64,000 bases of DNA from Clostridia bacterium (GTDB taxonomy: Bacteria > Bacillota > Clostridia > UMGS1883 > UMGS1540): the NCBI GenBank assembly GCA_045531205.1, contig JAZSDN010000050.1:6407-70406 (forward strand). The letters are read 5' to 3'. A program made the translations under genes and the position numbers. The notes beneath the pieces are model-generated. The model saw only the letters and a program-made list of their open reading frames with translations. It ran no database searches and was not told where the DNA came from. Within the stretch, counting starts at the first letter, position 1. Each line of letters starts with the position of its first letter. Positions 41,164 through 50,234 of this stretch are shown in pieces.

Positions 41164-42564
41164 TTATAAAACATCTATATCGTATCCAAGATATTTCACA
41201 AGCGCTTCCTTCACACATTCTGACCATTCTCCTTTTGCAATGGCAACATGGTGTTTGTATCCGTTTTCGCACATATACTTAAATACATTTTTAAGATTAT
41301 CTTTTTCAAAAACAATACCTGTTCCAAAAAACTCTTTGTCAAACTTATCTTCTGTCAATGTGCCATTAGTTGTAAATCCATAAAGTTTTCCATTTTCGGT
41401 TTTAATGCTTGCAACTGTAACCTTTCCTGATTTTATTTTTCCGTTAAGAATTCCAACTCCGGTTCCTTCTCCGTAAGATTTTTTAAACATAAGATGTTCA
41501 TTTATAAAAGTATCATTTTCAAAGAATGAATTTGGAACTGCCGAGCAATGAAACATAATGACTTTATTTTCTTCATTTCCGTAATTATTGTTTACATCCA
41601 AAAGCATAACAGGATGATTTGAGGCTAAAGTTAACGCATACATCATAACAGCATTGTTAACATCAAGTTCACATGCGGCAGGTATTCCTTTTTCATTCAT
41701 ATCACTCAAAATAAGACAAGGTGCTATATTATACTGTGTAACAAATTCGTCCCAGCATCTTACTGCCATAGCATCAAGAGAATAGTCCTTAACCAATTTA
41801 TCTACTGCTACACCAAGCTTTGCAATATTTGTAAGCTTTTCTTCAGAATAACTTCCAAAAGATGTAACAGAAGAATAATATCTTTTTTTCTCATCTAATT
41901 CGGTTTTGTCAACTCTTTCCATTAAATCAAATATATACGATAAATCTATTGATTCAACATTTATATTTTTGTTTTGCAATGCCACTTCATCTGTACGTAC
42001 AGTTTTAAAAGCAGTTGTTCTAGCTCCTAACGTTCCAATGTTAACATTTCTCATTCCTTTAACAATTCTGCATATTGCAGCAAAGTTTTTTAAGTCTTTT
42101 GCAAAAGCTTCATCAAGAGGTGAAACTGCCATTTTTTCTGTTAAAGTGAATTTAATATTGCATTGACGCAAAAGATTACACATAGCAAATTTTCCGCACA
42201 CAGCATCTCTTCTTTGTGAAAAATCCATCTTCCCTATTTCGTCAGGATATGCTTGAACTAAAATTGGTACACTTACATTTTTAAATGCTTCTGCCGCACC
42301 ATTTTCATCCGAAAAGTTCGGCATACATAAAATTATACCGTCAAACCTTCCCTTGTTATTTTCTAAAAAATCTTTGAACAAACGTCCTTCTTCTCTTGTT
42401 TCTACCGCACCGTATCTTGTTAAATTTTTATCCATACAAATATAACTAAAACCATTATCGACTACAGCTTTTATCATTTCTTCTCTGGCTTTCGCTATAA
42501 CTTCTCCTGGAAAAAAACCTCTGTTTCCAAAAAATAATGCGAATGTAATTTCTATTTTCCTCAA
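41164..42564 (-). CDS. L-fucose/L-arabinose isomerase-family sugar isomerase
   Basis: 466 aa. Fold and size as in the FucI/AraA-like family. Upstream of the epimerase in the same operon. Confidence 0.5.
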   Translation of the reverse strand: MRKIEITFALFFGNRGFFPGEVIAKAREEMIKAVVDNGFSYICMDKNLTRYGAVETREEGRLFKDFLENNKGRFDGIILCMPNFSDENGAAEAFKNVSVPILVQAYPDEIGKMDFSQRRDAVCGKFAMCNLLRQCNIKFTLTEKMAVSPLDEAFAKDLKNFAAICRIVKGMRNVNIGTLGARTTAFKTVRTDEVALQNKNINVESIDLSYIFDLMERVDKTELDEKKRYYSSVTSFGSYSEEKLTNIAKLGVAVDKLVKDYSLDAMAVRCWDEFVTQYNIAPCLILSDMNEKGIPAACELDVNNAVMMYALTLASNHPVMLLDVNNNYGNEENKVIMFHCSAVPNSFFENDTFINEHLMFKKSYGEGTGVGILNGKIKSGKVTVASIKTENGKLYGFTTNGTLTEDKFDKEFFGTGIVFEKDNLKNVFKYMCENGYKHHVAIAKGEWSECVKEALVKYLGYDIDVL

Positions 42565-42707
42565 ATTTCTCCCTCCTTTTTATATATCTTACATTGCCTT
42601 TTTCACTATTTATAGTGACTTTCTTGTTAAAAATAAGCACTATCTTACTTTTTTATTTTGCTAATATTGATTTTATTTGTTTTATTGTGTTAATATAAAA
42701 ACAAGGA

Positions 42708-43565
42708 GTGATATATATGATCTATAGTTTTGATAAAATAAAACTGCATAATATGTTTAAAGATTTTTACACTCTTTTAAAAATAACAATAAGTATTTGG
42801 GACTCGGATTTTAATCAGTTACTTTTTTATCCAAATCCCATGCCTTCAATATGTGCAAAAATAAAATCGTCGCCAACAGGCAAACAAAAATGTCTGGAAT
42901 CTGATATAAACGCCTGCAAAAAAGCTGCTTTAATAAAAAAACCTTATACCTTTACATGTCATGCAGGTCTTGTTGATACTGCTTTTCCGATTTATTATAA
43001 CGACGAAATAATTGCCTACATTATGTTTGGACAACTGCGCGATGTAGAAAATAAATTATCTACCATAGAAAATGTAAAAATTTTATGTAAGAAATATGGT
43101 TTAGATGAAAAAAGTATAGATAAATATTATAATGATTTACCGTTGCTTAATCATAATCAAATAAATGCCATTATACATCTATTTGAAATGTGTATTCCTT
43201 ATTTTTACACAAGTGAAGCGATAAAATTTGAAGAAAATATGCTTGCTTCAGAAATAGATAACTATATATCGCAAAACCTTTCTTCCTCTTTATCTCTTGA
43301 ACAATTAACTAAAAAATTTATGATTTCGACAAACGAATTATATCAGATATCACACAAATTTTTTGGCACTTCAATAAAAGACTATATAATTCAAAAAAGA
43401 ATTATCAAAGCGAAACACTATCTTGCAACAACTAATTTACCTGTTTCTGAAATAAGTATTAAAATTGGATATAATGATTACAACTATTTTATCCGCACCT
43501 TTAAAAATCGAACAGGGTACACTCCGCTTTCATACAGAAAAAATTTTCCGCTTAACACTTTGTAA
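42708..43565 (+). CDS. AraC-family transcriptional regulator with N-terminal PocR sensory domain
   Basis: 285 aa. PocR-like N-terminus (…TFTCHAGLVDTAFPIYYNDEIIAYIMFGQ) plus a C-terminal AraC HTH. Divergent from the isomerase/epimerase operon. Confidence 0.8.
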   Translation: MIYMIYSFDKIKLHNMFKDFYTLLKITISIWDSDFNQLLFYPNPMPSICAKIKSSPTGKQKCLESDINACKKAALIKKPYTFTCHAGLVDTAFPIYYNDEIIAYIMFGQLRDVENKLSTIENVKILCKKYGLDEKSIDKYYNDLPLLNHNQINAIIHLFEMCIPYFYTSEAIKFEENMLASEIDNYISQNLSSSLSLEQLTKKFMISTNELYQISHKFFGTSIKDYIIQKRIIKAKHYLATTNLPVSEISIKIGYNDYNYFIRTFKNRTGYTPLSYRKNFPLNTL

Positions 43566-43664
43566 AACATATAAAAACTCACCTATATTTTGTAGGTGAG
43601 TTTTTAATCTTTATACATAATAACATTTTATCTTACTTTTCTATATATGTAATAAGACAACAGG

Positions 43665-44573
43665 TTAAACAAAATAGCAGCTTATATTGCATTTTTCATT
43701 AAGTATTGAACAGATTTTTTTCATTTCGCCATCTGTTTGTGAGCTGTCTGCGAATTTCGTGTATTCTTTTCCTGCAATCTTATATTTTGACTCAGCAAGA
43801 TTGTTGTATTTTAATAATTCAATCTCTTTTATTCCTTTTCCGAAGGTTTTTATGATTTCAGCAAAGGCATAAATATCATCATCAGAATCATTCACTCCGG
43901 GTATTACAGGAATTCGTAAAATGATATTACTGTGTTTGTTTGATAATTTAGTGATATTTTCGATTATCAGTCTGTTGTCCTGCCCTGTAAATTTGCGATG
44001 TTTTTCGGAATTTGGAATTTTCAAATCAGCAAAGAACAAGTCTACAAAGGGTAACACCTCTTCAACCTTTTCCCAAGGAACGAAAAAAGCACTTTCAATT
44101 GCTGTGTGAATCCCATGTTCTTTACACATTCTTGTAACTTCTGCCACAAAGTCTGAATACAACAAACACTCTCCGCCCGAAAAGGTTACTCCTCCGCCTG
44201 AGGAAATATAATAGTGAGCGTCTTTTTTAATTTCTTCAAAAAGTTCCGGAGCAGTCTTTTCCTCACCACACAGGCTAAGTGCAAGCGAAGGACAGCTTAC
44301 CGCGCATTTGCCGCAAGCTGCGCAACCTTCGCGCAGAAAAGCCATATCATTTCCCAGTATTTTATGATGTTGTGGACAAAGCTCAATACATTTACCGCAA
44401 TGAATACATTTTGTAGGTATGTAAAGAATTTGCTTTTTTGAAGACAATGTTTCCGGATTATGACACCATTTGCATCTAAGGGCGCATCCTTTGAAATATA
44501 CAACTGTTCTGACGCCCGGTCCATCATGCAAAGAACCTCTTGATATATTTGTAATTGTTGCACTTACAGACAT
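43665..44573 (-). CDS. Glycyl-radical enzyme activating protein (radical SAM, PflA family, with extra ferredoxin-like Cys clusters)
   Basis: 302 aa: ...GPGVRTVVYFKGCALRCKWCHNPE (CxxxCxxC). Additional CxxCxxC clusters. 10-nt overlap with the upstream GRE gene. Confidence 0.85.
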   Translation of the reverse strand: MSVSATITNISRGSLHDGPGVRTVVYFKGCALRCKWCHNPETLSSKKQILYIPTKCIHCGKCIELCPQHHKILGNDMAFLREGCAACGKCAVSCPSLALSLCGEEKTAPELFEEIKKDAHYYISSGGGVTFSGGECLLYSDFVAEVTRMCKEHGIHTAIESAFFVPWEKVEEVLPFVDLFFADLKIPNSEKHRKFTGQDNRLIIENITKLSNKHSNIILRIPVIPGVNDSDDDIYAFAEIIKTFGKGIKEIELLKYNNLAESKYKIAGKEYTKFADSSQTDGEMKKICSILNEKCNISCYFV

Positions 44574-47200
44574 GAATGCTTTGTCCTTCCGATAATATGA
44601 TTCTGAAGTTCAGGAGAAAGCAGGTTAAATTTTTGACTGAATCCAGAAACTCTTACTGCAAGGTTATTATATTTTTCCGGATATTTTTGTGCATCAATAA
44701 GAGTGTCTGCATCAATGGTATTAAACTGTACATTTTCCAGACCTTTTTCGCTGCTTGCAATTAAAATATCCGCAAGCATGGGTATATTTTTGTCAGTAAA
44801 CAATTTTGGATCAACTTCAACAATTGCCGAAGTTGTACCCGGAGTGCGTTTGGTTGGCAGTTTAGCAATTGAGTTAAGCAAAGCTGTTAAGCCGTTAAAA
44901 TCACGTCCCTGCATTGGAGAAACACTATAAGCTATAATTTCGCCTTTGCGTCTTCCGTCAGGAGTTGCGGCACTTTCTCGTCCGTAGTCAACCATCCAAA
45001 GGAATGTAAATGGTTGTGCATGGAATGAAAGTCCGTATTTTTCAGACAATTCTTCAAGATAATCGCAAGCAGTATTTACTATATCAACCGCAATTGAGTC
45101 TACACTTTCAATATCATTACCAAATTTTGCAGCTTTATTTATAAATTCAAGCCTTATACTTTCATCCGGAAAATTGTTAACTAATATATCTTTTAATTCT
45201 TCAAGTGTATATTTTTGTTGTATGTACACAAATTCACGAATAACCTCAAGTGAGTCGGCAAGGTTTGGTATTCCGCCAAGCATAATTTGGTAATAATCAT
45301 ACTTCGCTCCTGCATCATTAAAGTCTTTTCCTGTTTCAATACAACCGTCTGTCAGTAACGACTTGTAAGGTCTTGGGCTGTTGATAACAGAACAATCCCT
45401 GTGTTTTTTTACAGAAGAACAGGTCAAATCAAGAATATGATAAATTTGTTTTTTGACCGAATCATAAAACTTGTTATAGGTGTCAAACGAATTAAGCTCA
45501 CCGGTTTTTACACCTGTGTTAAAATCAGGATACATCATACTGCTGCCGTTACATAGCACATACTCAACTGCTTTAAGCAAATTGGTTTCTCCTGTTACGG
45601 CATGAGGATTGGATTTTCCCGGTATAACAGTTTCAACACATCCAATTTGAGTGTAGTCGCAGGCATCCTCATAAGATATTCCTTTGCTTGTAAGTGCAGG
45701 AATCATTACATCATCATTAAAGAAGAACGGAACACCTTTCTGGACATGACCTACCACCTCAAGGGCACGTTTTATAAATTCCTTTTCCGTATTTTTTGAG
45801 TAACGCACTGACATGCAACGTATAAAATCAAGCTGTTCGGTAGCATCGAGCATCATATAAGAAAGTTCATTGACCTGACTGCTTCCATCGGGAGAAGTCC
45901 CGCCGACACACGACTGCTGAACATCGTAATTTAAGTATAGTTTAATCCACAAGCAGCATATCAGTTCAAAAGCATCTTCTTTTGTCAAAATGCCTTTTTC
46001 AATATCCGCTTTGTAATATGGATAAAGTATCTGATCAAGTCTGCCGAGTGAATTTGCGTTTATATGGTCCTCCCATGTGTTGATGATATGCGCAAACCAT
46101 AAAGACTGTACTGCTTCTCTGAAGTTTGAAGCAGGATTTTCGGGAACATTTTCACACGCACTTATAATATAATCCAAATCCTTTTCAAGATAAAGTTCGT
46201 CACCAGATTCTTTAATTCTTTGAGCTTCTTTTGCATATTTTTTGCCCATTTCACAAGCTGCTACGCAAATACTTTTCATTGAAGAATAAAGCGGATTTGT
46301 TCCGTTTTTCTTTTCGTGCGCTATAACTTCGTCAAGCAGGCCTTTAAACCCAAGCTTCAATACTTTTTCATAGTTTATTACACTGTGATTAGAGTCGGTA
46401 CATCTTCCTATTGCAGCCCATTCTCCGCACGAATCCTGCTCGTCTTTTGTAAGAATCGGCGATACATATTCAAGAAAATTAGGCTCTTGTTTAGTCAGCT
46501 CAAAGTATTTTTCCAAATCGCTATCACTGATACCATTTAATTTGGCTAACCTGCGATTTTCTTCCGTGTCATCAGGTGAAAACCATTCATCGTATTTAGA
46601 GTCAGGAAAATTAAAACCAACAATTAGTTCTCCAGGAATAATTACAGGAGTAAATTTATCTAAAACATTAATAGCTCTTGCCGCGCTGATTTCTGTATTC
46701 GAAAGATTCTTTTTTGCTGCTTCAGCCATCCCAATATAAGAGTAAACTTTATTTTGCATACAATAATAATCTTCATAGTCGTTTGTGCCAACAACTAAGC
46801 GACGCAAAGCTTCACATCTGTCAGTCAGAGAATACATAGTAATTCTTTTCCTTTCATAATAAAATTGAGTTTCTTTTGCTTGCTTTTTATATTCTCTGGG
46901 CAAGCAACCGAATTCTGCCAAAAAGGCTTTGTTGAACCCGCCTAACGTTTCATATCCATAAGCTATTGCTACATCGGTTATTTTTTTGCCAGAGATTATA
47001 TCAATTGCAGCCAATTGGAGACGGTAATGTCGAACATATTTTACAAAAGACTTTCCGGTATATTTATGAAATTTCGAGCAAAAATGCCATTTAGAATACC
47101 CAAACTGATTTGCAACATCTGATAGGTCTAAACGCTTCTCGATATTATTATGAATATACTTTAAAACTTCATACACAACACCATCTCCTTTCATTTTCAT
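44564..47200 (-). CDS. Fusion protein: N-terminal AraC/SoxS-type HTH domain (about 105 aa) + PFL-like glycyl radical enzyme of the single-Cys dehydratase/lyase type
   Basis: 878-aa continuous ORF. Residues about 9-105 form a complete two-helix-turn-helix AraC domain. From about residue 122 a GRE begins, with Cys loop TQIGCVETV and C-terminal glycyl motif AVRVSGFSQKF. An internal SD (AAAGGAAAAG) lies 8 nt before the in-frame ATG at 46835-46837. Confidence 0.8.
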   Translation of the reverse strand: MKMKGDGVVYEVLKYIHNNIEKRLDLSDVANQFGYSKWHFCSKFHKYTGKSFVKYVRHYRLQLAAIDIISGKKITDVAIAYGYETLGGFNKAFLAEFGCLPREYKKQAKETQFYYERKRITMYSLTDRCEALRRLVVGTNDYEDYYCMQNKVYSYIGMAEAAKKNLSNTEISAARAINVLDKFTPVIIPGELIVGFNFPDSKYDEWFSPDDTEENRRLAKLNGISDSDLEKYFELTKQEPNFLEYVSPILTKDEQDSCGEWAAIGRCTDSNHSVINYEKVLKLGFKGLLDEVIAHEKKNGTNPLYSSMKSICVAACEMGKKYAKEAQRIKESGDELYLEKDLDYIISACENVPENPASNFREAVQSLWFAHIINTWEDHINANSLGRLDQILYPYYKADIEKGILTKEDAFELICCLWIKLYLNYDVQQSCVGGTSPDGSSQVNELSYMMLDATEQLDFIRCMSVRYSKNTEKEFIKRALEVVGHVQKGVPFFFNDDVMIPALTSKGISYEDACDYTQIGCVETVIPGKSNPHAVTGETNLLKAVEYVLCNGSSMMYPDFNTGVKTGELNSFDTYNKFYDSVKKQIYHILDLTCSSVKKHRDCSVINSPRPYKSLLTDGCIETGKDFNDAGAKYDYYQIMLGGIPNLADSLEVIREFVYIQQKYTLEELKDILVNNFPDESIRLEFINKAAKFGNDIESVDSIAVDIVNTACDYLEELSEKYGLSFHAQPFTFLWMVDYGRESAATPDGRRKGEIIAYSVSPMQGRDFNGLTALLNSIAKLPTKRTPGTTSAIVEVDPKLFTDKNIPMLADILIASSEKGLENVQFNTIDADTLIDAQKYPEKYNNLAVRVSGFSQKFNLLSPELQNHIIGRTKHSCL

Positions 47201-47258
47201 TATAGCAAAACCTAAATAATATTTCTACTCCAAAATTGTGTTTTTCAAAATGTTAAAA

Positions 47259-47286
47259 ATGCTCGCCTGAAACAACAGACGAGCAT
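47259..47286 (-). terminator. Terminator hairpin retained with the spoIVB-like gene fragment
   Basis: ATGCTCG(47259-47265)-loop-CGAGCAT(47280-47286), flanked by A/T runs. It parallels the hairpin at 51081-51109 with compensatory stem changes. Confidence 0.5.
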
Positions 47287-47445
47287 TCATCTTAATTTTT
47301 CTCTGATTCTGCTAACATATTTTCAATAAATATTCCATACCCACGCGTGGGATCGTTTACGAATACGTGAGTGACTGCACCGATGAGCTTGCTATTTTGG
47401 ACAATGGGGCTGCCCGATAGGTGTGATGTCAATATGGGACAACAA
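47287..47445 (-). pseudogene. Remnant of the 3' end of a spoIVB-like S55 peptidase gene (duplication scar)
   Basis: Minus-strand translation gives ...[42 protein letters not shown]. Compare ...[43 protein letters not shown] at the C-terminus of the intact gene 51115..52086. DNA identity is about 75-80 % over about 150 bp. There is no start codon, and the fragment is truncated where activase 2 ends. Confidence 0.65.
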
Positions 47446-47448
47446 ATT

Positions 47449-48282
47449 CTACGCTTTTTTAACTAATATATTTGTTTTTGCTCTGATATAATTAATTATT
47501 TCATTAATCTGTTCATCAGTTTGCATTGAAATTTCAAGCGGTTGTTTTCCTAATGCCAAGTACTTATTTTCGCCAAAAGCGTGATAAGGCTCTATTTCAA
47601 TCCCTATGATTGATGTAAGTGTATTTGCAAGTTCGCATATTTTGTCATAGTTTTCTTTTCTGTCATTATAGCCGGGAATTACAGGACAACGGAGAATAAT
47701 ATCTTTTTTTAACTCATTTAATAAATATAAGTTTTTCTTTATTAAAATATTGTCCACTCCTGTATAGGTCTTATGTAATTCAGGATTACTTTCCTTGAAA
47801 TCAAACAAAAACAAATCGGTGTATTCTGCAATTTGTTTTATTTTATCGCTATCGGCAAAGCCACAGGTTTCTATAGCAGTGTGCAGGTCATTTTCTTTAG
47901 CTTTTTTTAAAATGTCCAATGCAAACTCAAACTGAAACAACGGCTCACCACCCGAAAGTGTAATTCCGCCACCGGAATTTTTATAAAATTCATAGTCTTT
48001 CATAACTTCGTCAATAACATAATCTGACAATACTGTTTTTCCGCAGATTTCCTTCGCATTATTAAAACATATAAAATCCGAATTGTCAGCTGTTAAGTTT
48101 CGACATCTTCCACAGCCCGAACATTTATCCGGATAAAACATGATTTGTTTTTCTTGCGTCTGACTTTCAGGATTATGACACCATTCACAACGCAAAGGAC
48201 AGCCTTTGAAAAAAACAGTTGTGCGTATTCCCGGACCATCATTAACACAAAATTTTTGAATGTTAAATATTTCACCGGTCAT
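47449..48282 (-). CDS. Glycyl-radical enzyme activating protein 2 (radical SAM)
   Basis: 277 aa: ...[25 protein letters not shown]. Paralog of 43665..44573. Confidence 0.85.
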   Translation of the reverse strand: MTGEIFNIQKFCVNDGPGIRTTVFFKGCPLRCEWCHNPESQTQEKQIMFYPDKCSGCGRCRNLTADNSDFICFNNAKEICGKTVLSDYVIDEVMKDYEFYKNSGGGITLSGGEPLFQFEFALDILKKAKENDLHTAIETCGFADSDKIKQIAEYTDLFLFDFKESNPELHKTYTGVDNILIKKNLYLLNELKKDIILRCPVIPGYNDRKENYDKICELANTLTSIIGIEIEPYHAFGENKYLALGKQPLEISMQTDEQINEIINYIRAKTNILVKKA

Positions 48283-48284
48283 TT

Positions 48285-50234
48285 TTATTTCTCCTGCACT
48301 GCTCGTTCAATTACAGCGTCCTGAATTTTTTCATTCAATGTTGTAAACTGTGTACTGTAACCACTGATTTTAACAATAATATCCGTGTGTTCTGACGGAT
48401 TTTGTTTGGCTTCTTCTAACAATTTTGCATCTATAGTATTAACAGCAAGATGAAAACCGCCGGCTTCAAAAAATGTCTTTATTAGAGGTGTAAGTACACT
48501 GCTTTTTTCAATATCTTTTTTATTCAAACTTATCATAACAGGGCATCCGTTGGGAAAATATTTGGCAGAGATATTTGCGCATGACATCAGAGTTGATGTT
48601 AAGGTGCTTTTGTGAGGCGTTGCGCAAGGCATCACTCCGTAGGATAACAGTTCTCCTTTTTTTCTTCCGTTAACCATTCCGCTACAATCCCGCTGCCATA
48701 TATCCGCAGTAAAACGAAACAGTGCCGGCGAAGAAAGAACATTATCATCTATAGGATATTTTTGAATTACTTTTCCTATAAACTCGGTTATATCTTTAGC
48801 TAACTGATTACTTTCTTCGCTGTTGGAACCGTAATAAGTTTTTAAGCCTGCTATTTTATTATATAAAGATACATCCTCAAAATCTTTTTCTGCCTGCATC
48901 CTTAGATTTTTAATTGTTGTATGATTTTCGTCAAATACAAGCCTTTTTATAGTGTAAATACTGTCAATTAAAATGCCGATTCCCAAGATATTTATGCCAA
49001 ACAGGTATTTTTCCCGGTTTAATACACAGTTTGCAAATGGTGATACTGCGTTTCTATCTTGATTTGCAATACTCTTAAATTCAGGAAGTAAAGAGTTTGC
49101 ATAATAAAATTCAAAATAATTTTTGTATGCATTAAGAAAGTCTTTGAAAGAAGAATAATCAGACTTTTGCTCCAAAAACTCTTTGAAGGAATCATATAGG
49201 TTAACGGCTGCGGCAACTGTGTTTGAAAACGAGCCTTGGGGAGCTGGTTCGTAACAGCCAACAATTCCGTAATCCATTGCTCTCTTATCATCAATTCCCA
49301 ATTTTTTTAAACCTTCAATAATAGTATCATCATTGAAATATGCCGGCATACCGCTTCCGTTTAAAACCAGCCGAGTTGCTTTATTTAAAACATCGGTACT
49401 TGTTATTTTTGATACTCTCAGGGCAATGGATGGCTGGCGCATACTGATTTGTGTTTGAGCTTCAATAAATAACGATGTCAATTCATTTTCAATATCTCCA
49501 CCCACGGTCAGCATGCACGACTCATCACCCTCGGAATTTTTTATGTAAAAGCACATAATAAGTTCTAACGCTTCTTCCGGCGTAAGAATACCTTTTTCGA
49601 TATCATTTTTATAATATGGATACAGGTATGAATCTGCTCTGCCTAAAGATATTGCAGCGCCGCCCGCTTCTGTATATAAAAAGCATTGAATAAACCATAC
49701 AAGCTGTAACGCCTGACGAAAACTCACAGGAGGGTTTTCCGATATGAATTCACAGTCATTTGCGATGTTTAAAAGTCTTTCTTTATCTTCATTCTGCGAT
49801 AAAACATAAGCTTTTCTTGCAGTGTCAGCATAATTTTTTATGTAATTTGAAAAAGCCTTTAACGTATTTACCAAAGCTGTTTTATTAGAGTTTTTATTGA
49901 CTTCATTTATTTTCCCTTTAATTCCTTTTTCCAAGAAATCCTGAAAATCTGCAATGAAGTGCCCTCTATTCTGAGGTTTTACAGTTTCGCCAAGAGACCT
50001 TTGCCATTGCCAATGCCAGTTTGTTCCTACAATGTATTCCTTTTCATAAATTTCGGTTGAAAAGTTTTCTGAAAAATACTGATAGAAACCACTGTATAAA
50101 AGCCCTTTATCTTCTTCAACGTTTTTGTTTGAAATATATTGCTGATAAAGATTACATAAATGCTTTTTGTGTTGCTCTCTTTTTTCTTCAAACATAGCAA
50201 GGTGCTGTTTTTTTAAAAAAATTGTGTTATTCAT
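48285..50234 (-). CDS. Short PFL-like glycyl radical enzyme 2 (paralog of GRE1) with atypical glycyl motif
   Basis: Start refined to the ATG at 50232-50234 (GGAAAGGAG SD upstream; ATGAATAA overlap with the IclR stop). 649 aa. Cys loop GIVGCYEPAP. C-terminal IVKISGYSTQF replaces the usual RVSG(Y/F). The block LYPYYKNDIEKGILTPEEALELI matches LYPYYKADIEKGILTKEDAFELI in GRE1. Confidence 0.75.
   Translation of the reverse strand: MNNTIFLKKQHLAMFEEKREQHKKHLCNLYQQYISNKNVEEDKGLLYSGFYQYFSENFSTEIYEKEYIVGTNWHWQWQRSLGETVKPQNRGHFIADFQDFLEKGIKGKINEVNKNSNKTALVNTLKAFSNYIKNYADTARKAYVLSQNEDKERLLNIANDCEFISENPPVSFRQALQLVWFIQCFLYTEAGGAAISLGRADSYLYPYYKNDIEKGILTPEEALELIMCFYIKNSEGDESCMLTVGGDIENELTSLFIEAQTQISMRQPSIALRVSKITSTDVLNKATRLVLNGSGMPAYFNDDTIIEGLKKLGIDDKRAMDYGIVGCYEPAPQGSFSNTVAAAVNLYDSFKEFLEQKSDYSSFKDFLNAYKNYFEFYYANSLLPEFKSIANQDRNAVSPFANCVLNREKYLFGINILGIGILIDSIYTIKRLVFDENHTTIKNLRMQAEKDFEDVSLYNKIAGLKTYYGSNSEESNQLAKDITEFIGKVIQKYPIDDNVLSSPALFRFTADIWQRDCSGMVNGRKKGELLSYGVMPCATPHKSTLTSTLMSCANISAKYFPNGCPVMISLNKKDIEKSSVLTPLIKTFFEAGGFHLAVNTIDAKLLEEAKQNPSEHTDIIVKISGYSTQFTTLNEKIQDAVIERAVQEK

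Noticed and set aside
44564-47200. Possibility that the HTH–GRE fusion reflects a disrupted full-length AraC regulator whose sensor domain was lost at the duplication junction
   Set aside because: The HTH sits at the very N-terminus. The 58 bp upstream, up to the terminator, contain no coding remnant of a sensor domain. The cassette-2 regulator is an unrelated IclR. A SoxS/MarA-like minimal AraC protein is the simpler reading.
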